From Pelagomonas calceolata (Eukaryota), in contig CAKKNE010000004.1 in assembly GCA_918797485.1 (NCBI GenBank), forward strand, positions 4,278,001 to 4,342,000: a stretch of DNA of 64,000 nt. The letters are read 5' to 3'. Position numbers and translations under genes: made by a program. Position 1 is the first letter of the stretch; the number at the start of each line of letters is the position of its first letter. A model generated the notes under the pieces. It searched no databases, was not told where the DNA came from, and saw only the letters and a program-made list of their open reading frames with translations. Positions 52,601 through 61,463 of this stretch are shown here, one piece after another.

Positions 52601-53023
52601 TTTCTATCGTATTCTAACCATAATAGCTCGTGTTAGTGATATAGCGTGGCGTGCGCCGCCCACGGCCGCGCGATGATGGCCGCTTTGCGGTACCGGTACC
52701 TCGGTACCTCGTATGGTACCAGTACCCCTGCGAGGACTACTACCACAGAAATACGACTCGTGCCAGAACACCCCTCGACGGACGCCTCAAGCTGTCGCAG
52801 AAGAGCCGTAGCGGACGATTCTGGCCGCCTTCCCGATAGTAGGGGGTGATGCGCAGCGCAGTCGGTTTGGCGCTGGTCGTAAAGCGCTGCAGGGCGCTAC
52901 GAACGAGCGCGGCGGCTGCCTGGCGATCGTGCCGCGCACGGGCAGCCCCGGGACCGCGGCGCCGGCGGCCGGCACCGACCGTCGCGTCGGGACCGTCGGT
53001 TGGGGGCAGCCCCACACGACAAG

Positions 53024-55024
53024 ATGGCGACGCGCCGCCAGCGCGCGAAGCAGCGCCAGCCGCAGCCGCCGGAGCCGGCCGCGGACTACGAGCACATTGG
53101 GGTGGTGCTCCGGCTGCGGCCGCTCTTGCGGTGGGAGCGGCGCGAGGGCTTCCGCGAGGCCGTCGCGAAGTATGCCGATGCCGCTTTGCAGGTCGACGGT
53201 CCGCAACCGAAACTATGTCGCTGCGACAAGGCGTTTGATGGGGATACGGGCCAGCGGGAGTTCTTCCGCGACTCGGGCGTCGTGCCGTTGATTGATAGTA
53301 GTTTTGAGGGCTTCCGGTCCACAGCATTTGCATATGGACAAACAGGAGCAGGCAAGACGTACACGATGGTCGGCGGGGACGACGCTCTTGGTGGGTTGGT
53401 CCAGTCGAGACGCGGTCGTAGGCGAAGAGCCGAAACGCCGGGGACGGACGAGGACGACGGTTTGTTGCCACGGGCCCTTGCGCATGTTTTTGCGAGAGTG
53501 GACGCATTACGTAGAAAACAAAAAACGAGAGTCAGGATGACCTGCCTGGAGATCTATCGAGATGTCGTGACAGATATGCTCGCGCCCGAATCCGCCCAAA
53601 ACAGGCCGGCCCTCAAGATCCGCGAGCACGCGTCGCACGGGTTCTTCGTCGAAGGCTTACGAGCGTGTGATGGTACGAGTGCGGCGCAGTGCGCCGGCGT
53701 CCTGGGCAAGGCCCTGGCTTGTCGACGAGTGGGAGCGCACAAATTGAATGCGCGTTCCTCGCGGTCGCACTGCGTCGTCACGTTATATGTCGATAGCGAG
53801 CCGAAGAACGGAGGAAGAACGACGTACGGGAGCGTGTCCTTCGTCGACCTCGCAGGGTCCGAACGACTCAAGGAGACGGGTTCTGGCAGAGACAAGCGGA
53901 TGCTCGCCGACGCGGGCCACATCAACAAGTCGCTCTATACGCTGGGCAAGGTCATCCGGGGCTTGGAGCGGTTAGCAAGGGACCCGTCGACGGCGCCGCG
54001 CGTGCCGTATCGCGACTCGGCCCTGACGAAACTACTGATCAGTTCCCTGGGAGGCTCGTCAAAAACATTAATGGTCGGCTGCTGCGCGTCGTCGGACAAG
54101 GCCATCCCCGAGACGCTGAGGACCGTGGACTTCGCGGCGCGGGTCCGCGGGATCAAGAACTTACCTAGAGTTCATGTGGCCGAGCACCAGAACTTGGTCC
54201 AGCGGTTGCGGGAGGAGATCGCGCGGCTGAAGCAGGAGAACGCGGAGCTGCGGTCGCAGCTCGCGGTGAGCCGCGGTGGCGCGACGGAGCTCGACGTCGA
54301 TCAAGCTCCGGACGACGCGATGCTCCCGACCTGGACGTCGTCGCGAGGTCGCCCCGCGGCCGTGTCTCCATTATCGATGTCGCGCAATTCATTAAATGAC
54401 CAGGAGTTTTTTCCCGACGTGCCCTCCAAAAAGCGCGAGCCGCGGCGAAGACGTAGAAGGCGGTCGACGAGATCCGGGAGGAGCCCCGAGCGGGCGCCGG
54501 GCATGCGCGCGAAGACGCCCTGGCAGCGGTCGCCCATCGACATGCTGCCGAGCGTGTCCCCCAAAAAGAATAGGAGGCGGCGCGGGCGACGACGGCCGCG
54601 ACGGCGCGACGACGCGGACGACGCGTACGCGCTGGGCAGCCTCAACGGCGACCACGGCCTGAACGGGGATCATGACGACCCCGAGGACGCCTACCGGGAC
54701 GACGACGCCCAGGAGCGGCAGCTCGTGGCCATGCTGAGCCAGGTCGCGACGGGCGGCGGGAGCCCGGCGTCGCAGTTCGGTCAACATGACACGACGCCGC
54801 CGCCGGCGCGGGGCGCGCGGCGGCGGAAGGGGCGCGGGGGGGACAAGGGCCGGTCGCCTTCCTCAGAATGGAGCGACGACGGGTCCGCCGGCGGCGGCAG
54901 CCTGCTCTCGACCGAGACGCCGTTCGGGAAGCGGGCCGCGCGGGCCGCGAACGCCGCGTCCGAGCAGGACCGCGAGGACGAGCTGACGGCCATGCTGATG
55001 CGTGCGATGAGCGGGGCCGGGTAA
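53024..55024 (+). CDS. Kinesin motor protein
   Basis: AYGQTGAGKT, NARSSRSH, DLAGSER, INKSL, PYRDS motifs. Confidence 0.92.
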   Translation: MATRRQRAKQRQPQPPEPAADYEHIGVVLRLRPLLRWERREGFREAVAKYADAALQVDGPQPKLCRCDKAFDGDTGQREFFRDSGVVPLIDSSFEGFRSTAFAYGQTGAGKTYTMVGGDDALGGLVQSRRGRRRRAETPGTDEDDGLLPRALAHVFARVDALRRKQKTRVRMTCLEIYRDVVTDMLAPESAQNRPALKIREHASHGFFVEGLRACDGTSAAQCAGVLGKALACRRVGAHKLNARSSRSHCVVTLYVDSEPKNGGRTTYGSVSFVDLAGSERLKETGSGRDKRMLADAGHINKSLYTLGKVIRGLERLARDPSTAPRVPYRDSALTKLLISSLGGSSKTLMVGCCASSDKAIPETLRTVDFAARVRGIKNLPRVHVAEHQNLVQRLREEIARLKQENAELRSQLAVSRGGATELDVDQAPDDAMLPTWTSSRGRPAAVSPLSMSRNSLNDQEFFPDVPSKKREPRRRRRRRSTRSGRSPERAPGMRAKTPWQRSPIDMLPSVSPKKNRRRRGRRRPRRRDDADDAYALGSLNGDHGLNGDHDDPEDAYRDDDAQERQLVAMLSQVATGGGSPASQFGQHDTTPPPARGARRRKGRGGDKGRSPSSEWSDDGSAGGGSLLSTETPFGKRAARAANAASEQDREDELTAMLMRAMSGAG

Positions 55025-55037
55025 TTTCTCAGGATGA

Positions 55038-55814
55038 TTACTTGTCTAGCTCCGGCCGCACGTGGACGAAGAGGCCTCCCCGGTTGCCGCGCGTGACGCG
55101 GAGCTTGTCGTCTAAGTAAGTGACGTCGAGCCACCCGAGGCCCTTCAACGGGAGCGGGATGCGGAGCGTTGGAATGCCAAACCGCTTGCCGACCTGGATT
55201 TGTATCGACGCTGCGACGATGTCGCTCAGGAGGCGGTTCGGGATGCCCTCGGAGACCTCGTACGCGACGTCCGCGACGACCGCGACGCGCTTCTTGCTGA
55301 GTCGCGCGACGTTGCGGAAGACCTTGCGGCCCTTGTCATCAGTAATAAAGTCGCTGTCGGCGGGATGACCCGTCTTGTCGGGCGCGAGCGCCTTCTGCGA
55401 CCGCTGGGCTTTCTTTCCATCCAATTGATATTTCAGGCGCCAGGGGCCTTGTATTTTGGCCTCGGCGAAGGACCGCCTGTCGTAGCTTTCCTCGCAGGCG
55501 TCGATTAATGGGCCGAGGTCCGCGCCCTTCGTCTTGCCCGTGAGCGCCTCGAGGAGCTCCGCCCCCGCGGTCGGATCGGCTACAGGTGCCGCCTCTACTG
55601 CGAACGATGCTTCCAGCGCCGCGCGGGAGGCGTCGGTCGCCGCGTCCGATTCAGTCTTTGCCGCAGCCGGATTGTCCGTCTCCGGGCCGTCGACCGGCGG
55701 GAAATTGGACTTGAACGCACCGAGAGGGCTGCTGCGGGCAGCAGCTCTCAGATGAGGCACCAAGGCATTACAAGCCCCAGCGATGGCCAACAGTTGCAAG
55801 CCTCGTGCGTTCAT
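55038..55814 (-). CDS. Plastid lipid-associated protein / fibrillin
   Basis: Signal peptide; G.W.L.Y; GWLDVTYLDDKLRVTRGNRGGLFV. Confidence 0.85.
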   Translation of the reverse strand: MNARGLQLLAIAGACNALVPHLRAAARSSPLGAFKSNFPPVDGPETDNPAAAKTESDAATDASRAALEASFAVEAAPVADPTAGAELLEALTGKTKGADLGPLIDACEESYDRRSFAEAKIQGPWRLKYQLDGKKAQRSQKALAPDKTGHPADSDFITDDKGRKVFRNVARLSKKRVAVVADVAYEVSEGIPNRLLSDIVAASIQIQVGKRFGIPTLRIPLPLKGLGWLDVTYLDDKLRVTRGNRGGLFVHVRPELDK

Positions 55815-55904
55815 CTTCTCGCGCGTCTCGCAGCTGCACACAGTGTCGCAACGTTGCTACGAAGTCACACGTGGCAAGCACGCGCAGATTTTGCATAGGA
55901 TCGC

Positions 55905-55926
55905 GCTAGCGTAGTAAGACACTAGC
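55905..55926 (-). promoter_or_regulatory. Upstream quasi-palindromic motif, copy 10
   Basis: Reverse complement GCTAGTGTCTTACTACGCTAGC upstream of the fibrillin. Confidence 0.6.
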
Positions 55927-55941
55927 ATTTAAGAAGTCATC

Positions 55942-55959
55942 CGCCCACCAGTCCTAGCA
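55942..55959 (-). other. Downstream 18-bp motif, copy 3
   Basis: Reverse complement TGCTAGGACTGGTGGGCG, 48 nt after the stop at 56008. Confidence 0.5.
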
Positions 55960-56007
55960 CCAAAATATCTCGGGACTAGTCATCCACGTACATACAAACA
56001 ACAAGAA

Positions 56008-58050
56008 CTAACTCGCCCCCACACCAGAAGAAGATGAACCCCACCGCGCCCGCACGACGCGCACGCGATGCGTCGCCGCCGCATCGACGTCCGGCGTGAC
56101 GGTCAGCGCGAGCACGGAGTCCTCGACGACAAAGCCGCGTTTCCGCAGCAGCTCCCCGCACAGCTTCAAGGGCGCCCGCTTCTCGTCCGAGCACAGGACG
56201 GCGGTGCCGCCGGGCGCAAGACGGAGCGGGATACACGCAGCCAGCGCCTCGGCGTCCGCGGCCCGGTACGCGATCTCCGCGCCGAGCACGAGGTCCGCCG
56301 GTGCCGGCGGCTCCGACGGCTCCGCGGACGCGTCCAGGCCGTCGAAAGTCCCCCCACCCGCGAAGTTGTACAAACAAACCTCGACGCCGTCGAGCTTCCG
56401 GAGGACGGGCAGGAGCGCCGGCGCGCCGTCGGTCAACGTGACACGCCCGCCCAGGGCGGCGGCTGCGCGGCCCGGCAGCGCACACGCGCCGCAGCCGAGC
56501 TCGACGACGCGAGCGCGCGTCAGTGTTTCTCGCCCCACGACGAATAGCGTCAGCGCCACGGCGCCGGGCCAGAGCGCGTGGCCCGTCCCGGAATTCGACG
56601 CCGTAGCCGCGAGCTCGTCGACGACCACGGTGATATCACCCCCAAACACCAGGCGTTTCTGCGCGCCGTCACGCGTAAAAGTCACTTCGCACTCACATGA
56701 AGCGACCTCCTCGCCCCCGTCCGATAGAGTGTAGCGCGCGCGCCGCCACGAGAGCGTGCCTGACGGACCATGCGCTCCACCAGCGGCGGCGTAGGTCAGC
56801 AGGCGCGGAGGCGCGCCGTCGTCACTGCTCTCTTCGCCAAAGACGTCGAAGGCGCCCCCGTCGTCGTCCGTCCGCAGCGCCGCCGCGACGAGGTCCACCA
56901 ATACAGCATCCGGCGCCGGGCCGGTGGCAGAGACCACCTCCCCATCATAGGCCACGCGCGCGTCGCACCAGTCGCCGCGCAGGTCCGTCGCGAGGCGCGC
57001 GGCGACGGGCGTCGAGGACGCGTCGTCCAGTAGGTCGCGGCGCCTTTGATCTTGCGCCATGAGCGACGTCTCGGCCGCGGACCGCAGCAGCGCGTCCCAG
57101 GACGCGTAGGGGTCGCCGCCGCCGCCTCCGGCCTCGAAGAGCGGCCCGGGATCACTTGTCGCGTGAAACAGGGCCGTCAGCGCAAAACGGCACCCAGAAG
57201 ATACCTTCTCGACGGCGTGCAGGTTCGTCGCGTCGCCGCGGAAGCAGATGACCGTCCCCGCGGACGGCTCGAGGTAGCGGTCCACGCCGTCGCCGTCGTA
57301 GAAGACGAAGCGGCCGCCCGTGAAATCGCTCCCATGATCCGACAGGTAGAGCAGCGTCGTGTGCTCGTAGGTCTCGACGTTGTACTCGTCAACGTGCACG
57401 TTCCAGTAGCAGCGCGGCTTCGACTCGAGGGCCCGCCGCCGCGACGACGCGCCCGGCGGCTGGAGCCGCGCGAGGAAGGCGCCGGACAGCGCCAGCCGCC
57501 GCTCGTCGACGCCCGCCGACTCGGCGGCGAGCCGCCGCAGCTCGACGACGCAGCGGCGGATCGTGGCGATGCTCTCGTCGTCCAGACGACCTTGAAGGGC
57601 TTCCGGCGCGGCGCAGCCGAGCGTCGTGCTGCCGTTGTTGCGGAACGCCCCGACCATGCCCCGCGCGGCGGCTCGCGCAAGAGCTTGGGCCTGGCTGCGG
57701 GCTAAGATGGGGCAGTCGCGCAGGACCCGACGGTACGACTCGCCGCGCACGTCGACGAGGGGCTCTTCGCCCCTCGTCGGCGGCCGTTTCGCGTACGCGG
57801 CCTCCGCCCGCGCCTCGTAGAAGGGCCTTTCGCTGGTAGGCGGTGGTGGCGGCGGCGGCGGCAGCGGTGCGGGCGCGGCAGCGCCGGCGAGCGTTTGGGC
57901 GGCGCGGTGCCGTTCTTGCAACGTCGCGACGCGCACGAATCGTTCGATGTAGCCGGCGTCCGAGGCATCCGTGCCGTCTTGCACCGCTTGGAGTGCGGCC
58001 TCTTGCCGTGCTGCATGCTCGAACGCTTTGCAACGATCCGTGGCCGACAT
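56008..58050 (-). CDS. 2OG-Fe(II) oxygenase + METTL21-type (Methyltransf_16) lysine methyltransferase fusion
   Basis: YWNVHVD...LLYL...FTGG...NLHAV..V.SG.R; TGHALWPGA, VVELGCG, TLTD, DLVLGAEIAY. Confidence 0.75.
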   Translation of the reverse strand: MSATDRCKAFEHAARQEAALQAVQDGTDASDAGYIERFVRVATLQERHRAAQTLAGAAAPAPLPPPPPPPPTSERPFYEARAEAAYAKRPPTRGEEPLVDVRGESYRRVLRDCPILARSQAQALARAAARGMVGAFRNNGSTTLGCAAPEALQGRLDDESIATIRRCVVELRRLAAESAGVDERRLALSGAFLARLQPPGASSRRRALESKPRCYWNVHVDEYNVETYEHTTLLYLSDHGSDFTGGRFVFYDGDGVDRYLEPSAGTVICFRGDATNLHAVEKVSSGCRFALTALFHATSDPGPLFEAGGGGGDPYASWDALLRSAAETSLMAQDQRRRDLLDDASSTPVAARLATDLRGDWCDARVAYDGEVVSATGPAPDAVLVDLVAAALRTDDDGGAFDVFGEESSDDGAPPRLLTYAAAGGAHGPSGTLSWRRARYTLSDGGEEVASCECEVTFTRDGAQKRLVFGGDITVVVDELAATASNSGTGHALWPGAVALTLFVVGRETLTRARVVELGCGACALPGRAAAALGGRVTLTDGAPALLPVLRKLDGVEVCLYNFAGGGTFDGLDASAEPSEPPAPADLVLGAEIAYRAADAEALAACIPLRLAPGGTAVLCSDEKRAPLKLCGELLRKRGFVVEDSVLALTVTPDVDAAATHRVRVVRARWGSSSSGVGAS

Positions 58051-58214
58051 CTGCGCTGCGCGGCTCTCACCTTTGCAGGCGTCTAGCGCTTGACCGTTGC
58101 CCGAGATTTTGATCCATAACGAATCTGCAATGATTCTGAAGTAATTGTGCTGCTTCGCAGCAAAAGCCAACCTCGTGCTTGCCGCTGCAAGCAAAAAAGA
58201 GCGCCGCACTTCGA

Positions 58215-58239
58215 GCTAGCGGTCTGTAAAGACACTAGC
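58215..58239 (-). promoter_or_regulatory. Upstream quasi-palindromic motif, copy 11
   Basis: Reverse complement GCTAGTGTCTTTACAGACCGCTAGC. Confidence 0.65.
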
Positions 58240-58320
58240 AAGCACAAACTCGGAACGCAGCATGCAGCTGTTTGAGTATCGATCAGTTCGCTAATGGTCC
58301 AAAGAGATCAATTGGACACG

Positions 58321-58742
58321 TACTGGGGGGCGAAAAAGGAAATTTTTTAATTCGCGGCCGAGGGCGCCCCTCGGTCTATGGCGGGCGCGCCGGTTTAATC
58401 CTGTCAATCCCTGCCCAAGAGGTGTCCCTGGGGTTGCCTAGGGTCGGTACTCTACACGCGCAAGCGCCTACACCGCATGCGCCGCCGCTTCAATCATTTT
58501 TGGTCGATTTCTCTCAGCAGGCCACAGAGGAATAGCAACTTTTATGCCTTTGTTGCTTCCAGGGCTCTCCGAGAGCACTAGACCGCTGCATCGATGGCGT
58601 AAGCGGTGCAGGCGCTTACCCACTACCAGACCTACCCCGAGAGACCTCCAGGAGCCGATCTACATCCGAAAAAAGTGCGCAATTTGGACCCGATGGCGCC
58701 TCGTTCCCGTCAAAAACGTCAATTACCCGAGGGCCCCCAGTA
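58321..58742. mobile_element. Possible MITE-like element
   Basis: Ends TA-CTGGGGG ... CCCCCAG-TA; non-coding, lower-GC interior; single copy in the window. Confidence 0.3.
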
Positions 58743-58830
58743 GTCGCCGTAGCGGTCTCGTTGAACCCTATACTACCCCAGCGATAGTCAATTACGAGTA
58801 TATGACATCTACATTATAAGAAGGGTACTT

Positions 58831-59622
58831 TTGGCTGCCCACACTCGGGACGTGAACATCTTGATCTGGACCTCGCGCAAGTCAATTTATCATGGAACAA
58901 ATGTTCGCGTCATGGTCCATGGTGATGGTACACGGGCTGATGGTCGCAGGTCCGGGTTTAAAGCCCATCTAATTGAGATCGTGGGGTCGCGAGACCGAAG
59001 ATCCGCGCGGAGTAAACGGGACCTTTCGTCCAATGTAGTTCACGCCCAGGCCGGTTATCTGGCCCATCCCGTAACCGAAGCGCCTCAAACGCGAATTTAT
59101 TTTATAAACCACCGGTCTGGGGCCTTTCCGGTGCTCCGTCTCCGCACCGTCGCCCGCGGAGAACGGGCAAGTCGGTCGATTGTGAATAGAACAACGGCGT
59201 TATGGTCCATCTGGATGGTGCCGTCGCTGATACTCGCAGGTTTGGTTTCTGGGCTGGTTTTCATATAAACACGCGGTACCGAAGTCGTCGAATCCCGCGG
59301 CTCTAATGGAAGATCTAAAATAGCTCAGTGGACGCTGATGCGGTTTGGATGGACTCTACCACTAACAAACGGAAGGAAACGAACATAAACTCGGGAGTTG
59401 TCTAGTAGAACTCTTCTCCCGCCCTCCGAGCGCGGGCCGTCGGCTCTGGTTCCGTCGAACTTGTATGAAAACTGGGCTGGAGTTGATATAATGTACCATT
59501 TGGACGATAGATCGCGGCATCAATCGCTGGTCTACTTTGGCAAGCCGGAAGACTCATCCGCGAATGTCGCGGGCGGTGCCTTCCGGGAGGCGCGAGGGTA
59601 TGTTCCCGGGCCGCTACTCTGA
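58831..59622 (+). pseudogene. Decayed sequence with a ~290-bp degenerate tandem repeat
   Basis: Similar blocks at 58912, 59202 and (weaker) 59491; frames disrupted; GC lower than flanking genes. Confidence 0.35.
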
Positions 59623-59769
59623 AATATTTGGTCTCGGCGAAGGACTAGGATGTATTCTGAATTTTGGCTATTCTTTTGACGCTATCGAAGCGCATCTTTG
59701 GATTTGCTAGTAAGTCGATTACGCTAGCTATCGACGAGTCATAAAGAGAGCAACTTACCCCACAAGCAC

Positions 59770-61041
59770 CTAAGGCGCCGCCACGACGCCGACCTCCTTC
59801 GGCGGGGTCGCCCCCAGCGCGTTGAAGCCCGACGGCTCCTGGAACTCCAGGAGGTCGCACTGCGCCTTCTGCTGCATGAGCGCGTCGGCCAAGACCAGTG
59901 CGACCATGGACTCGACCATCGGCGCCGCGCGCGGCAGCACGCACGGGTCGTGGCGGCCCTTGCCCCTTAATTCGGTCTCCTGGCCGTCGCGCGTCACCGT
60001 GTTCTGGAGCTGGCCGATCGTCGACGTCGGCTTGAACGCGACGCGGACCCAGATCGTCTCGCCATTGGAAATGCCGCCCTGGACGCCGCCGCTGCGGTTC
60101 GACCGCGTCCGCGTCCGGCCGTTGGCGTCGACGTAGAACTCGTCGTTGTGGTCTTTGCCAGCTAGTAAAGTGCCGCCGAAGCCCGAACCAATTTCAAAAC
60201 CTTTCGAGGCGGGCAGCGACATGCAGGCCTTGGCGAGCTCCGCCTCGAGCTTGTCGAAGACCGGCGCGCCTAACCCAGCAGGTACGTTGTAGGCCACGCA
60301 CTCGACGACGCCGCCGATGGAGTTGCCCCCCCTCCGGATCTGGTCGATGCGCTCGATCATCTTCTCCGCCGTCTCCGCGTGCGGGCAGCGCACCATGGAC
60401 GCCTCGACGTCCTCGAGCGTGACGGAGTCGCGGTCGAAGTCCTCGGGCATGCGCACGTCTTGCACAGCCTGGACATAAGCTAAAACTTCGACGCCCGAGT
60501 AGAGCTTGAGCACCTCCCGCGCGACGGCGCCGCCGGCCACTCGCCCGATGGTCTCTCGTGCCGAGGACCGGCCGCCGCCCGCGACGGCACGAACACCGTA
60601 CTTCGCATCATAAGTCGCGTCCGCGTGCGACGGTCGATAGGCCTTGGCCATCGTGTCGTAGTCGTTCGACTTTTGATCTTTATTTCTCACCAACATGGCG
60701 ATGGGCGTGCCCAGGGTCACTCCACTTTCTTTGTCGACGCCGCTCAAAATCTCGACGGTGTCGGACTCGTTCCTGGGCGTCGTCAGTCGCGACTGGCCGG
60801 GCCTTCTCCTATTCAACTCGAACTGCACGGGCTCCTCGGTCAGCGGCACGCGCGGCGGGCAGCCGTCCACCACCACGCCGACGCCGCCGCCGTGCGACTC
60901 GCCCCACGTCGAGATGCGGAAGCACCGTCCAAAGGAATTGCCCATGCCCATCCTTATTTGGGCCCTCTGGCGCCCCGGCGCGACCAGTCCCGATGCGCTC
61001 ATGGCCAGCGCGAGCAGCGCCAGCCTGGTTGACGATGCCAT
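59770..61041 (-). CDS. aroC: Chorismate synthase, plastid-targeted
   Basis: [37 protein letters not shown]; signal plus transit leader. Confidence 0.97.
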   Translation of the reverse strand: MASSTRLALLALAMSASGLVAPGRQRAQIRMGMGNSFGRCFRISTWGESHGGGVGVVVDGCPPRVPLTEEPVQFELNRRRPGQSRLTTPRNESDTVEILSGVDKESGVTLGTPIAMLVRNKDQKSNDYDTMAKAYRPSHADATYDAKYGVRAVAGGGRSSARETIGRVAGGAVAREVLKLYSGVEVLAYVQAVQDVRMPEDFDRDSVTLEDVEASMVRCPHAETAEKMIERIDQIRRGGNSIGGVVECVAYNVPAGLGAPVFDKLEAELAKACMSLPASKGFEIGSGFGGTLLAGKDHNDEFYVDANGRTRTRSNRSGGVQGGISNGETIWVRVAFKPTSTIGQLQNTVTRDGQETELRGKGRHDPCVLPRAAPMVESMVALVLADALMQQKAQCDLLEFQEPSGFNALGATPPKEVGVVAAP

Positions 61042-61288
61042 GGCTTTGCGTTGCTCTGCTGTTAAGGGTGACGAGCACTGGCGAGGCGTTGATAGCGGTC
61101 AGCAATCAATCGGAAGAGCACGCTGCTTCACTCCTTTGAGCGATGTCACGGCCGCCAGCAGTGTCTCGCTCTACTGCTACCTTGGCTGGGCTTCAGCCTG
61201 CGTCTGCAAAATTGATTGCTCCTTGGCTCGTGCATTCGTCGTGACGCGTCTGGAGGACTCGGCAACCCTCCCGGCAGCTTTTCGTCTT

Positions 61289-61313
61289 GCTAGTGTGTCT
61301 TACAGTCGCTAGC
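61289..61313 (+). promoter_or_regulatory. Upstream quasi-palindromic motif, copy 12
   Basis: GCTAGTGTGTCTTACAGTCGCTAGC in a divergent intergenic region. Confidence 0.65.
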
Positions 61314-61463
61314 TAAAAGCATTGGTTTGAGTTTTTGGCTTTGCACGCGCATCTAGCGCACGACTGGTGCGCCTGCTGTTGCACGCATAAGACACGTTTT
61401 TTGGATTCGTGCTGGAAGCTGCGGCTTCCTGGGCTGCAGGGCTAGGTGTGGCGAGGACACAGC

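Noticed and set aside
59706..59728. GCTAGTAAGTCGATTACGCTAGC, possible 13th copy of the upstream motif
   Set aside because: The ends match but the GTGTCTT core does not, and it lies downstream of aroC; not counted.
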